From assembly GCF_009914755.1 (NCBI RefSeq), contig NC_060926.1: DNA of 64,000 nucleotides; one strand, written 5' to 3'. This DNA is from the human T2T-CHM13v2.0 reference genome, Homo sapiens. A model generated the notes under the pieces. It searched no databases and was not told the DNA's origin. It saw only the letters and a list, made by a program, of their open reading frames with translations. Positions 46,173 through 64,000 of this stretch are shown piece by piece. A program made the position numbers and the translations under genes. Each line of letters starts with the position of its first letter. Position 1 is the first letter of the stretch.

Positions 46173-47751
46173 TGTGTCCAGAATTGGTGGGTCCTTGATC
46201 TCACTGACCTCAAGAGTGAAGCCACGGACTCTCACGGTGAGTGTTATGGTTCTTAAAGGCGGCGTGTCCGGAGTTTGCTCCTTCTGGTGTTTGGATGTGT
46301 TCGGAGTTTCTTCCTTCTGGTGGGTTCGTGGTCTCGCTGGTTCAGGAATGAACCCGCAGACCTCCACGGTGAGTGTTACAGCTCTTAACGTGGCGCGTCT
46401 GGAGTTGTTCGTTCCTCCCGGTGGGTTCGTGGTCTGGCTGGCTTCAGGCGTGAAGCTGCAGACCTTCGCAGTAAGTGCTACAGCTCATAAAGACAGTGTG
46501 GACCCAAAGAGGAAGCAGCAGCACAATTTATTGCAAAAAGTAAAAAAACAAAACTCCCCAAGTGGGGAAGACGAGCCCAGCAGGTTGCCACTGCTGGCTG
46601 AGGCAGCCTGCTTTTATTCTCTTATCTGGCCCCACCCACATCCTGCTGATTGGTCCATTTTACAGAGAACCAATTGGTCTGTTTTACAGAGAGCTGATTG
46701 GTCCGTTTTGACAGAGTGCTGATTGGTGAGTTTACAATCCCTGAGCTAGACACAAAAGTTCTCCACCTTCCCCACTAGATTAGCTAAATACAGAGTGCTC
46801 TTTGGTGCATTTACAAACCCTGAGCTAGACACAGAGTGCTGATTGGTGCATTCACAAACCTTGAGCTAGATATAGAGTGCCGATTGGTGTATTCACAATC
46901 CCTTAGCTAGACACAAAGATTCTCCAAGTCCCCACCAGATTAGCTAGATACAGAGTGCCAATTGGTGTACCCACAAACCCTGAGCTAGACACAGGGTGCT
47001 GATTGGTGTGCTTACAAACCTTGAACTAGATACAGAGTGCGGATTGGTGTATTTACAATCCCTTAGCTAGACATAAAGGTTCTGCAAGTCCCCACCAGAC
47101 TCAGGAGCTCAGCTGGCTTCACCCAGTGGATACTGCACTGGGGCGGCAGGTGGAGCTGTCTGCCAGTCCCGCGCAGTGTGCCCATACTCCTCAGCCCTTG
47201 GGCGGTCCGTGGGACCGTGCACACTGGAGCAGGGGGCAGCACTCATTGGGGAGGCTCCGGTGGTGCAGGAGCCCACGGTGGTGGAGCGGGGGGGCTCAGG
47301 CATGGCGGGCTGCAGGTCCTGAGCCCTGCCCGGCGGGGAGGCAGCTAAGACCCGGTGAAAAATCGAGGGCAGTGTGGGAGGGCTGGCACTGCTGTGGGAC
47401 CCGGCGCACCCTCCATAGCTGCTGGCCTGGGTGCTAACAATGCCTGGGGCCAGCCGGCCGCTCTGAGTGTGGGCCCACCGAGCCCACGCCCATCTGGAAC
47501 TCGCCCTGGCTTGCAAGCACTGTGCGCAGAACTGGTTCCTGCCCCGTGCCTCTCCCTCCACGCCTCTCCCTCCACCCCTCCCTGCAAGCCGAGGGAGCCG
47601 GCTCTGGCCTCGGCCAGACCAGAGAAGGGCTCCCATGGTGCAGCGGCGGGCTGAAGGGCTCCTCAAGTGTGGCCAGAGTGGGCGCCCAGGCTGAGGAGGC
47701 GCGGAGAGTGAGTGAGGGCTGCGAGGGTTGCCAGCACTCTGTCACCTCTCA
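46173..47751 (-). mobile_element. LTR12C-like (ERV9) solo LTR, 1579 bp, sense to RFTN2
   Basis: Minus strand tgagaggtgacag...ggacaca; 4-bp TSD ATAA; GC-rich U3; about nine CCAAT boxes in tandem repeats at 46646-47047; AATAAAAG TATA-like box at about 46611-46618. Confidence 0.92.
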
Positions 47752-47832
47752 ATAACAGTACTGTTCTGTGCTCAGTGAAATTGGGTAGGAAAAGTCTTGA
47801 TATTAGTCTTAGTAAAAGAAACAAGAGAAAAA

Positions 47833-48152
<320 letters not shown>

Positions 48153-48889
48153 TAGGTTAATTTCTATCAGCCCATGAAATCTATTGTTTAATGAAAACTC
48201 ATTGACAATCCTAGGACAACATTTGTAATGTCTGAAATATCTACCAACTGTTTTTAAAACTAAACATCTTTGAAAAAATTCTTTGAAAGACTTTATAAAC
48301 AAAGCAGTCTTCCCATCAACCCCTTCCAAACAATAACTGATTTCAGGGTATTAACAAAGAACAGTGCTATTATGGATCTGTGACTGCATAAATTTTTTCA
48401 AGGCATATTGTAAATACAACTTTCACAAAATATATATGAGATAGCTAAATTAACATTTTGGTAATAAATTAACTCTATATTGATATTAATAGTTTACTGT
48501 CCTGAAAGTATTACTACCATTCTGAGATAGAGTAAGAAATTGTTTCCTTAAGTAAAAACTGAATTTGCAAATCAGCTTTCTGTTATAGCTGTTAGACACT
48601 TTGACTCCTACCTACAAGTTCTACCCTGAAATAATCTCAAGATCCTGCGGTTTCTTGTTAGAAAAATTAAACATTTGTCAAATGAAGAAATGGTAAATCC
48701 GTTTAGAAGAGGAATTGTAAGTTATAAAATATATTATTATTAGATTTGTCATTGATACAAACCAACTATATATACTTCCCATTATATAAATGAACCAGTA
48801 ATTTTACATTTCAGTGAAATATAAAGATTACCCAAAGAAAAGCTATGACTAGAGACTACTGGATAGTATCTAAAGCTAAACAAAAAAGA

Positions 48890-50261
<1,372 letters not shown>

Positions 50262-50906
50262 TAGACAGAATATTTTTTAATAAACTCATGAACTTGAGTC
50301 ATCCTCATTGTTGTGGAGGGTTGCAGTGCTCACTTGTGGGCTTTAATGTGGTTTCTAATTCTGTGTACTTGGTCATTCTATTCTCCTGCCTCTCCGTCTT
50401 CCCAACAACCTCTCTACCTCTCTACCGATTTACCTACTGACCCAGCCAGCCTCTTTCCAAAATTAATGTGAGACAATTTAGCATGACTGTATTATACACA
50501 CAGTCAATCTAGCTCTTTGATAGTTTAGATAACTTTAAAATGTACTAAACAATGTTTTCTTTTTTCAAATCTCTGCAGCTTTGCCCGAAAACATAAAACA
50601 ACGTTTTCTTGATTTAGATACAGAAAAAGAATCACTTTAAATAGTTTTCTGGTCCATTTTCAAATTTCTTGTTTTGCAAGTTATGCTTTATTAATGCACA
50701 GATTGCCTCATTCAATCATTGTATTCCAGCTGTGCATCCAGTAAGATCAAGGTGACTTGAGGATCAGAATAGCCCTTCAGCAAAGTGCTGAAAAAATATA
50801 AACTTGAGTAGATAACATAAAAGAAAAGTGTTGCCAAAGGTCAATATAGCCAAGGTTGCATGGATGCATTGCAAGATCAGGCACATTCATTCACAAGATT
50901 TAGAAC

Positions 50907-51455
50907 TGTAAGGGCAGAAAAAACTGTTCCTCTCTCCTCTTAGGTGCAGTAGCTGAGAACTACAAATTAAACTGACAAAAGACATATTAACAGGAGAAAA
51001 GGTTTATTTTCAATGCACACAGTCTTTTCACAGAAAAGTAGCAAAAACCCAAAGAGGCAGTTTGGTGTAGAAGACCTGGGAGTTTATATACCATTTTAAC
51101 AAAGGGTGGTAAGTTGTGGACAGGTGACTAGATGAGGGAAAAGGAGTTTGGGCTTCTGGGGAAGTAAATTGTGAGAAGGCAAATACATGGGGTAAACGAA
51201 TGGAAGATCAAGCTTATTTTAGTAAGGTTTGTTTTTGCAGACTCTTCAGTGTGAATTGTCTCTGGTGATTAGACACGTTTACAAATGGAAATTTATGTCG
51301 CCTTTATAAAGTGACATGTGTGCCCTTGTTTTTCAGCAGAAAGGTGGAGGACAGAGAGTTCCTCCTGTGTCTGCTGTTTCTTAATTGCCTTCAGCTCAAA
51401 GTAATCCTCTTGCCAAAGTGGCATATTTTGTGATGGCATATTATAATCCCCTTTG
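50907..51455 (-). mobile_element. MER34-family ERV1 solo LTR, sense to RFTN2
   Basis: Minus strand atatgccatcacaaaatatgccactttggcaagaggattactttgagctgaaggcaatt; 4-bp TSD GAAC; AATAAA at 51003-51008. Confidence 0.7.
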
Positions 51456-51620
51456 GAACTATTTCATGTTGCCTGATTGCTAGCACATTTCCCTTATAGG
51501 TTGGTTCAGAGGACTGTTTCCATATCATGTCCACGCTTTCTTATTTGGAATTACAATGAGAGTTTAAGGATTAAATGCTTCAATATAACATTCAGTTAAT
51601 AAAGCATCAATTTTACTCAC

Positions 51621-51699
51621 ATCTGGTGTTTGAGCAGCTGAATTCCACATAACTGGCCTCTGAAGGAATACGATCTGCTTTGTAGCCAAATTCCCTTCA
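51621..51699 (-). CDS. RFTN2: RFTN2 penultimate coding exon, EGNLATKQIVFLQRPVMWNSAAQTPD
   Basis: taatttgcAG acceptor, GAT|GTGAGT donor, 79 bp, ends in phase 0 matching the last exon; raftlin-family KQIVFLQRP motif. Confidence 0.9.
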
Positions 51700-52019
51700 C
51701 TGCAAATTAAAACAATAGTATTAGTATTTGTGAGTTAGTAATTCTCTATATTTCATAATTGGCTAGAACATTCCATATGTAGTTTTGTAAAATAATCTTC
51801 TGACCAAAAATAATTATAAAATATAAATCTTTTTTTTCTTCCAGTGATGGAAAGAATGTAAAATATAATTCTATAAAAACCACATCTGGAAAAACAGGAA
51901 AAACCCCTAAAAACTGAATATGGTCACTATAAAAGGAAATAATTTTAATGTTTAAAGACACTTGTAATCTCACCAAGCTAACATCAATATTTTCATTTCT
52001 TTGTTTCCCCTCTTAGTCT

Positions 52020-52420
52020 TTATCAGCTTGTGTAATTTGCATGTCTGTGATCACTGCACATTTATATTTTGTTTCTATGCCCTTCACTGAATGCTCTTTT
52101 CCTTGTTTGTACACTGTAATCCTATTTTTAATGGTTGCATAATAACTCAAAGAATTAAGATACCAAAATGTACTAAGCCTTTCTTTTATTATTGGAAAAT
52201 AAGGTTGCTTCCAGTTTCTTGCCAGTTATAAATATATGATGCTATTATAAAAAATATGTATCATATTCCTCTTATGAATTATTTTCTTGAAATGAATACT
52301 TAGGAGTGGGATTATTAGGTCAAATCTTATGATTTAAGCTTCTTGGTATGCATTGTCAAACTTGCCTTATAAACAGAAGAGACTAATTTAGGCTGCCACA
52401 TGTGAGAAAATTTACATCCA
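52020..52420 (-). mobile_element. Highly diverged L1ME-like fragment
   Basis: ggttgcttccagttt, ggagtgggattattaggtcaaa motifs. Confidence 0.4.
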
Positions 52421-53009
52421 TTTTCAATTGAGGGACTTCAACTATAGCTAGATTTATTTTCAGATGCTTCTTTGTAGTCAGCTACTCAGTATTCTCCTTA
52501 TTTAACTATCATCATGGCAAATTACCCCTTGCCAAAGACTGCTTGGGGTTTGTATTCCTCTGAAATGCTTTTCACAGAGTCTCCATGGATTTATGGGGAG
52601 GAGTGTCTGTAGCTAATGTTGCTCAGTTACGACTTTTATTATGCAAAAAACCCCAACAAAACCTTACTATTAGCTGCATTTTATGCTGAGCCCTTTTTCT
52701 GGAAAATGAATGCAACACTGAAACTCTGGCTTTAGAGTTATATGTCAACTGCATACCATTTGAAAATCCCAGCCTTACTGATACCACTGAATTTTGAGAA
52801 ATATCAAATCTTCCTCAAAGTGATAACAGGAGACTGCTTCTTTTTTCTTTTTGAAAGGCTGTTTCTAGTCTAATCTCATTCCATTTTGACCTTATCTTTG
52901 ATTGGAACAAAAAACTTTTATAAAATATGTAGTAACTTTGGGAACAAATCATCATGAGGCTTTGGTACACGGGCGGGATTAGCATGTGTACAGAAAAAGC
53001 TGGTCACAT

Positions 53010-53530
53010 GTTTTGGGAGCATGAAGTGTGCTGGAAAAAGCCATGGCTTTGGAACCAGACAGTTCCTGGGTTCAAATCCAAACTCTGTCATAGTACCTAA
53101 TAGCTGACGCCTTTAATCATTTAATCCGTAAATTGTGTTTTCTTTTTCTTTCTTTCTTTTTTTTTTGAGATGGAGTTTTGCTTTTGTTGCCCAGGCTGAA
53201 GTGCAGTGGCGTGATCTCGGCTCACCGCAACGTCACCTCCTGGGTTCAAGTGATTCTCCTCCCTCAGCCTTCCGAGTAGCTGGGATCACAGGCATGTACC
53301 ACCACACTGGTCTAATTTTGTATTTTTAGCAAAGACGGGGTTTCTCCATGTTGGTCAGGCTGGTCTCAAACTCCCGACCTCAGGTGATCCGCCTGCCTTG
53401 GCCTCCCAAAGTGCTGGGATTACAGGTGTGAGCCACTGCGCCCAGCCTCTCTGATTTTTTTCTATCAGGGACCTCAATAAGTGATAAGTGAAGAATAAGA
53501 GTGCATGAAGAGCCTCCCATTGTGCTTGCC
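53010..53530. mobile_element. MIR(+) split by Alu(-) 53137-53447
   Basis: ggctttggaaccagacag...ctgggttcaaatcc MIR 5' part; full antisense Alu. Confidence 0.65.
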
Positions 53531-53663
53531 ACAAGAAGGAACACAACAACTGTGATTTCCTTCCACTTTTCCATTCATTTAGTGAAATATAGGGTGCAGT
53601 TAAGGGAAGGGGAGAAAAGTTTCAGAATCAAGAATATCTTCCAGAGAGCAAATTCAAGGGACA

Positions 53664-53980
53664 GCAGGACATGGTGGTTCATGCCTGTAATCCTAGCACT
53701 TTGTGAAGCTGATGGAGGAGGATCCCTTGAGCCCAGGAGTTTGAGACTAGTCTGGGAAACATACTGAGACTCTTGTATCTACAAAATCATTAAAAGAAAA
53801 TTATCCAAGTGTGGTGGTACATGCCTGTGGTCCCAGCTACTCGGGAGGCTGAGGTAGGAGGATCACTTGAGCCCAGAGGTTGAGGGTGCAGTGAGCTATT
53901 GATCACGCCACTGAACTCTACCATGGGTGACAGAAAGAGAACCTATCTTAAAAGAAAGAAAAGTAAAGAAAAAAGAAAAA
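53664..53980 (+). mobile_element. Alu (AluJ-like)
   Basis: TSD caaattcaagggaca. Confidence 0.88.
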
Positions 53981-54560
53981 CAAATTCAAGGGACATGGTA
54001 CGTGGGAATGCAGAAGAGACCTTCTGGGTAATGTTCCAGGTGTGTGATCCAGGTGGAGAATTACATGAAAGAACCAGGTCTGGAACGATCCGAAGATGGG
54101 AAGCAGGGATCAGGGTAGAATTATTCTTCTTGAAGAGAAAGCAGGAACGCATTGGGGTAGGGATTGTTGGAGACCTTACAGGGAGTTCTTTCACACTAAC
54201 TGTGGATGGGGCAATTCTGAATGCACTAAGATCTGATGTTTGACCTACGGCAGGCTTTACAAACTTTACCGTGCATTCCAAACATTGAGGTGCCTGTTGA
54301 TTCCAGGGTCCACTCCAGTCTTTTGGAATCTCCATTTCACCAGGCTGCCCAGGTGGCCCTGATGCACAGTAAATTTGGGAACCATCACCAGAAGAGACAG
54401 ACTTGGAAGTGTGGACTTCTCAGGCCTTGGGGATTACTTGGTGATACTTGCTACTATCAAAGGCATTCACTGTTTTCCTTGAATAATAAAACCCACCAAC
54501 AGTTCCTGTTGGTATGGAGTGTGGAAACAAAAAGGGCTTATTTTCTGGAAGCATCCTTGA

Positions 54561-54868
<308 letters not shown>

Positions 54869-55449
54869 TTACCATATTCTTCTAATGTGACTTGTGTCCT
54901 TAAATGTTTTGGACAATTTTAGCTGGATAGGCTGCCTAGAGCCATGCTGAGGACACATATTTTTCACCATCTTTAGTTTACCAATTTATTCCTGACCTGA
55001 CTTGTCTAAAATATAAACGAATTTGGAATGTGGGCGAGGAGTTACTTACTCCCTCTGCAGTGTGACACAATTTCTGGCAGCAACCCCAAATTATGAAAGA
55101 GTATCTCTACCAGCGGATCCCGAGGCAGTGTGAGAAGGAGAAAGAGGAAGGAGGTGGCTTATCAAAGGCTCGGTGGGTTGGAGGTGGAGGTAGGTGGGTT
55201 AGGGGTGTATGTCAAGGAAAAAAGTCCTCAGATGGTGTGAAGTACACTGCTCGATCCTGGGTTGAGAATCATTGCCTGTATGTTTGAAATAGGATTCTCT
55301 CTGCCAGCGTTCTACTTGATATTTAACACAGTATGCAGAGAGGTGAAACATGTGGCACAGGGGAGGGCGAACCCTCCACAGCTACTTCAGTGAGGCAAGA
55401 GCACTGTCAAACCTATCCCTCCTGTGGTGTGAAGGGGAATTGCCTCTGA

Positions 55450-55801
<352 letters not shown>

Positions 55802-57187
55802 TAAAACTGTTCGGTTGAAACTGACGAGTAATGCCTTCCAGTGGCCCTATGGGGAGTGCTGTTTGGGGAGTCTAATGAGATAAAACAGCAAACATGGAGA
55901 TGGTTTGTCAAAGGCTGACAACTTTAGACAGCATCCAGATGCTCAAATAAGACTTTGGAAGGTCAGCATCTGCCTACCTCTTGGGGACGTCCTCATAGTC
56001 AGATCCTTAATTTGAGATATGTCGGAAACTTCTATGTCCCTGGTTTTCTGAGGGCCATTTTGATTTAAAATAGGTCCTGCTACTTTCAGACCAGCTGTGA
56101 GACCATGTGGAACTTGTTTTGGTTTCGAGGCTCTAATCACGGTAGACCTAAGGGAAAGAGGTCTGAAGCCTTATAGAGGGACGCCTATTTGGTAAAGCAA
56201 GTAAGTCCCTTATGGTTCTCAGTGGTTCCTGAGATAATTCTATTTACAGAATTGGGATAGAATATTTTTCCCTTAGCAAACTGGTGGTCATTATGGCACC
56301 TGAGAGGATGTTTCAAATGCCCTGGATGGTTTCAGAGGACAGAGCCCACATCTCTTATTCCCTACAAAAAGGTTCATCCAAAAGGTGCTGTTAGTTAAGT
56401 AAGTGACTTAGTATCTTCCTGAGAGGGATTTAAGAATCTTCTGGTTCTGTTTTAGACTTTAATGGACAGTCATGCTTTGATGTATTAGAAAACAAAGGCA
56501 ACTTTGGAAAATATGCTTGATTTAGAGATAGTAATTTAAATTCTGAAAAAGTTCTAGTACAAACTGTTTTGGTGACAAGTATAGAGAACAGTCTACAGAG
56601 AAGTGATGAGAACATTGACTAGTCCCTTCATCTCTGAGGGCAGCAGATGATCCCTGGTGCTGTGGTCAGCACGAGGGCACAGGCTGCATGAAGGACAGGT
56701 CAGCCAGGGCAGGCTGAGTTCTCTGCAGGCAGAAGTGGTTGAACATTGTCAATGAGATAGTAGATGTAAAGTTCCTACACCCTGGATATGGACCCTGGAG
56801 CATAGGAGATGCTCAGAAATGTTTCCTTTTCTCTTCCCTGCCTTCTTCTATGCATTTCATAAGAAAGCACAAAGAAGATTCTATGTGAATGTCATTTGAG
56901 GGAGAGGGATTTGCTGTGACAACAGCATGACTATCAAGAAGATTGGGTCTTCCCACTAACAGAAGATCTCTTGGACTAAACTAATAAAAACAACTTTGAC
57001 TCCTGTAGTGCTCTCAGCGTTCCAAGTCCTTTCTGTGTACATTAACATGCTTGTTTCTTATGATAATCCTTTAAGGTGTGCAGAGCAGACATTTTCTCTA
57101 TTTTATGGATAGGGAAATTGAGACTCAGCTTTTAAGACCTTTGTCTTGGGTCTCCTCTAGTTCCCACTCTTTCTACAACACTGCATT

Positions 57188-57232
57188 AGCTCTACAAGCA
57201 AATGTAGAGTGACTACATTTGCTTGTAGAGCT
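57188..57232. repeat. Perfect 20-bp inverted repeat with a 5-nt spacer
   Basis: agctctacaagcaaatgtag-agtga-ctacatttgcttgtagagct. Confidence 0.95.
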
Positions 57233-57681
57233 CACTGAAGCCCTGACTACAGGAAGATGTGGGTTAGTTTAATTCTATTCTGACTAGAAAACTTTATAAT
57301 TAGTGGATAAGTCTAAGCTTATTTTACCAAATTCCAGATTTTTATTTAGCATCCTAAATTAAGCATTACACCTTATAATGTTCAGAAGTTATAGTGGAGA
57401 ATAATGAAGAAAATAAACACAAATGTTCATTTTTCTTGGGCCAATTAGACTACTTAAGCAAACCACACAGGTCCTGATGTTAGTGTGGCAAACGGAAGAA
57501 GAGACAGGAGCAAGTTCATGATCCGTGGTATTAAAGTGTGACATAAAAGATTAATCATTGAAAGCTTTGCCTTAAAATTCCCCCAAATGAATTCAGTTTT
57601 GTTCAACAGTGACTAGTACTAGTTGTAAAAACAAACAAGCAACAAAAATGAAACTAAAAAAAAGTTCTATTTATAGTTTGA

Positions 57682-57999
<318 letters not shown>

Positions 58000-58106
58000 T
58001 GATAATTAAATTAAAAAATTTTTTTTGTAGGAAGTTACAAGGACAATTTGAACTTCTTCTTGGTTCAATATGTGCCCATAATTTCAAGCATCTTTGAGAG
58101 CTATAG

Positions 58107-58850
<744 letters not shown>

Positions 58851-58899
58851 GTCTCATATTTTAAAATAATTCACTCTTTCCTTTCTACACTAACTTCAA

Positions 58900-60760
<1,861 letters not shown>

Positions 60761-60847
60761 AGTTGTAGATTTATACATGATAAAAAAGCTCCCTCCCCCT
60801 TTACATTTATTCTTTTGGAAAAATCAGTCTTGAATTTGTTGGGTTTT

Positions 60848-61132
60848 TTTTTTTGAGACGGAGTCTGGCTCTGTCTTCCCAGGCTAGAGTGCACGCAATC
60901 TCGGCTCACTGCCAGCTCCGCCTCCCGGGTTCACGCCATTCTCTTGCCTCAGCCTCCCAAGTAGCTGGGACTACAGGCGCCCGCCACCACGCCCGGCTAA
61001 TTTTTTGTATTTTTAGTAGAGACGGGGTTTCACTGTGTTAGCCAGGATGATCTCGATCTCCTGACCTCATGATCCGCCCGCCTTGGCCTCCCAAAGTGCT
61101 GAGATTACAGGCGTGAGCCACCGCGCCTGGCC
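60848..61132 (-). mobile_element. AluY-like
   Basis: CpG-rich; TSD gaatttgttgggtttt. Confidence 0.92.
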
Positions 61133-62083
61133 GAATTTGTTGGGTTTTAAATGAGAAGTTTTTAGGAATTCATTCACCTGAATTCACTCTTCTTTAAATA
61201 TATCCTGCACTTTTCTGACATTGCTTTGCTTAAGGTTGCCAGAGAAAGCAAATAATCTGTGGTATTCATACTGCAACGTCCGCTCCCATGCACATAGTAG
61301 ACATCACTAATTGAATGCCACATTTTTTTTGCTGAGCTGGTTCTAGTCTCAGAATCCTTATTGCAGCGTTCCAGGCAGCCACTACCAACAGATTAGTGCT
61401 GGTATCTTAGAGGAAAATCATTTACTATTCCAAGTTAGCTCTATCTGCCACAAGGAATACTTTTCCTTTCTAAAACTGCTTTTGGAAGCACTATTCTTTC
61501 ATCACGGTGCCCCCTCAGACATCATGAGCTTCACAGACCTGCCCTCCTCCTTTATTGATTCCTCTACCATATTCACCTGCCTTATAGTCAACTCTTTTTT
61601 CATTATTGCTTCCCTGAGGAGCAATATTCAGATATTTTCCCCCTAATATCTCCCCATTAAATTTTAATACCAAAGATATGCTGTATATCTGTGTATATAC
61701 TGTGTGGCCTTTTGGAGGGCCACAAACCATTGTAATAGCTGAGACTTTTTTCACCCCCTCACACTCTCAATAACCAATTTTCATCATCTTGGGGACATAT
61801 CACTCCCGTTGAGAATACATGCTCTAGACCTTCATGGCAGGACCTGTCATGAACTGGTTTGTTTCTCAAAGCAGAGTATGAGTTCCTGTATGTCTGCCCC
61901 TAGAGTGGGTAAAATACTGTCTTGCACATATTAGGCACTCAAGAAATATTTGAGTTGAACAGAAAGAACATTCTTGTTAAAATAAATGCATGAATCTGTA
62001 TCAGTTTCAATACAACTAAGCCAGTTTCAAAAGAGTGGGTTTATCTGTAACTGCTCAGTCACTTGTGAAATACACTCTCATAA

Positions 62084-63128
<1,045 letters not shown>

Positions 63129-63931
63129 GCTTTCATTTATAGTTCCAAAATTCATTAGACTAGAAGAAATAGAATTGTTAATTTGTATTTTATGTTAACT
63201 TTTGCTTCATCTTACACATTAATTAATTGTCGTGGCTTAACATTTGCAACTCAAAAGTAAATGAGTTAATTCTTGCTTTTGAAAACTGAAATAAAATTTT
63301 GCTTTTTAAAAGGAAAATTATAAAATTAAATTTTGGCTTCCAACTTTGCAGCTATGTGCTTAGTCACAAAGTTCCTTTGCCTATGACCCTGAATTTGTTT
63401 CTCAGGTATCAGTATGTGTTAAAAACAAAGAAAAGGGCACTGCTACAGTTTAGTTGTCCCAACTCCTCCTCACCCCACAAAATGTTTAACATTTATGTTC
63501 AGATGAGAAAGAGCGATGGTAACTGGAAGTATATATAATAGACAAAATTGATTATTTTAAGAATGTGGCCTTATCAAAATACTGCTCACAGCAAGATTAC
63601 TATGAGTTTAACTCATGATGGAATTACATGACACTGTTTCTGCAAAATTTAAATTAGTAAGAGCAGAGAACTGCATTAGAATGGGCCAAATCCTAACCTC
63701 TCCCTCAACTGCATGTATATAAATGTGCAACATCTGCTTTGGCTGCCACATGAAGATTGAGATTGAGATTGGGACTCCACAGGCTTCCAGTGCTTCTGAG
63801 CTGTGATGCCCATGAGGCTGTTGGGCCTGTTCTACAGGGGCTGCAGAAAATGGAAGAGGGGAGCAGAGCTCAGCATCACAGTGAGAAGACCAATTTCTCT
63901 TGTTATTCACATCTTGTCCTTAGGGACCAGA

Positions 63932-64000
63932 TTTTTTTTTTTTTTTTTTTTGAGACAGAGTCTCACTCTGTTACCCAGGCTGGCGTGCAGTGGCATGATG
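63932..64000 (-). mobile_element. Alu 3' end, cut by the window edge
   Basis: Poly-T followed by gagacagagtctcactctg. Confidence 0.85.

Noticed and set aside
46646-47100. Regularly spaced ~40-bp repeats resembling a CRISPR array
   Set aside because: These are the LTR12 tandem CCAAT enhancer repeats; no unique spacers, no cas genes, primate DNA.
46174-47755. ORFs of 182 and 185 aa and CpG-island-like sequence
   Set aside because: Entirely inside LTR12C; the GC-rich, stop-poor U3/U5 explains them.

Overview
Primate (human or great-ape-like) genomic DNA carrying the converging 3' ends of two genes. On the + strand are the last three coding exons and 3'UTR of MOB4 (phocein), 3932-6242. On the - strand are the last two coding exons and long 3'UTR of RFTN2 (raftlin-2), 51621-51699 and 27614-27886. 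The rest is mostly transposable elements: about 45 Alu/FLAM copies, several L1PA and older L1M pieces, MIR, and DNA-transposon fossils. The 23.7-kb last intron of RFTN2 holds a dense set of LTR elements: a two-LTR THE1B, a MER4A1 solo LTR, a 9.3-kb env-retaining HERV-H provirus (698-codon open pro-RT-RNaseH frame, L1 inserted in integrase), a THE1C-like solo LTR, an LTR12C solo LTR and a MER34-type LTR. Most entries in the ORF track are Alu/L1/LTR by-products. I found no evidence of a new multi-gene system. The best leads are the HERV-H with its long pol frame, the convergent LTR12C/HERV-H promoter arrangement, an ~80-bp orphan retrocopy with TSDs, and a perfect 20-bp hairpin. Gene names and repeat subfamily calls come from my recall of consensus sequences and need BLAST/Dfam confirmation.
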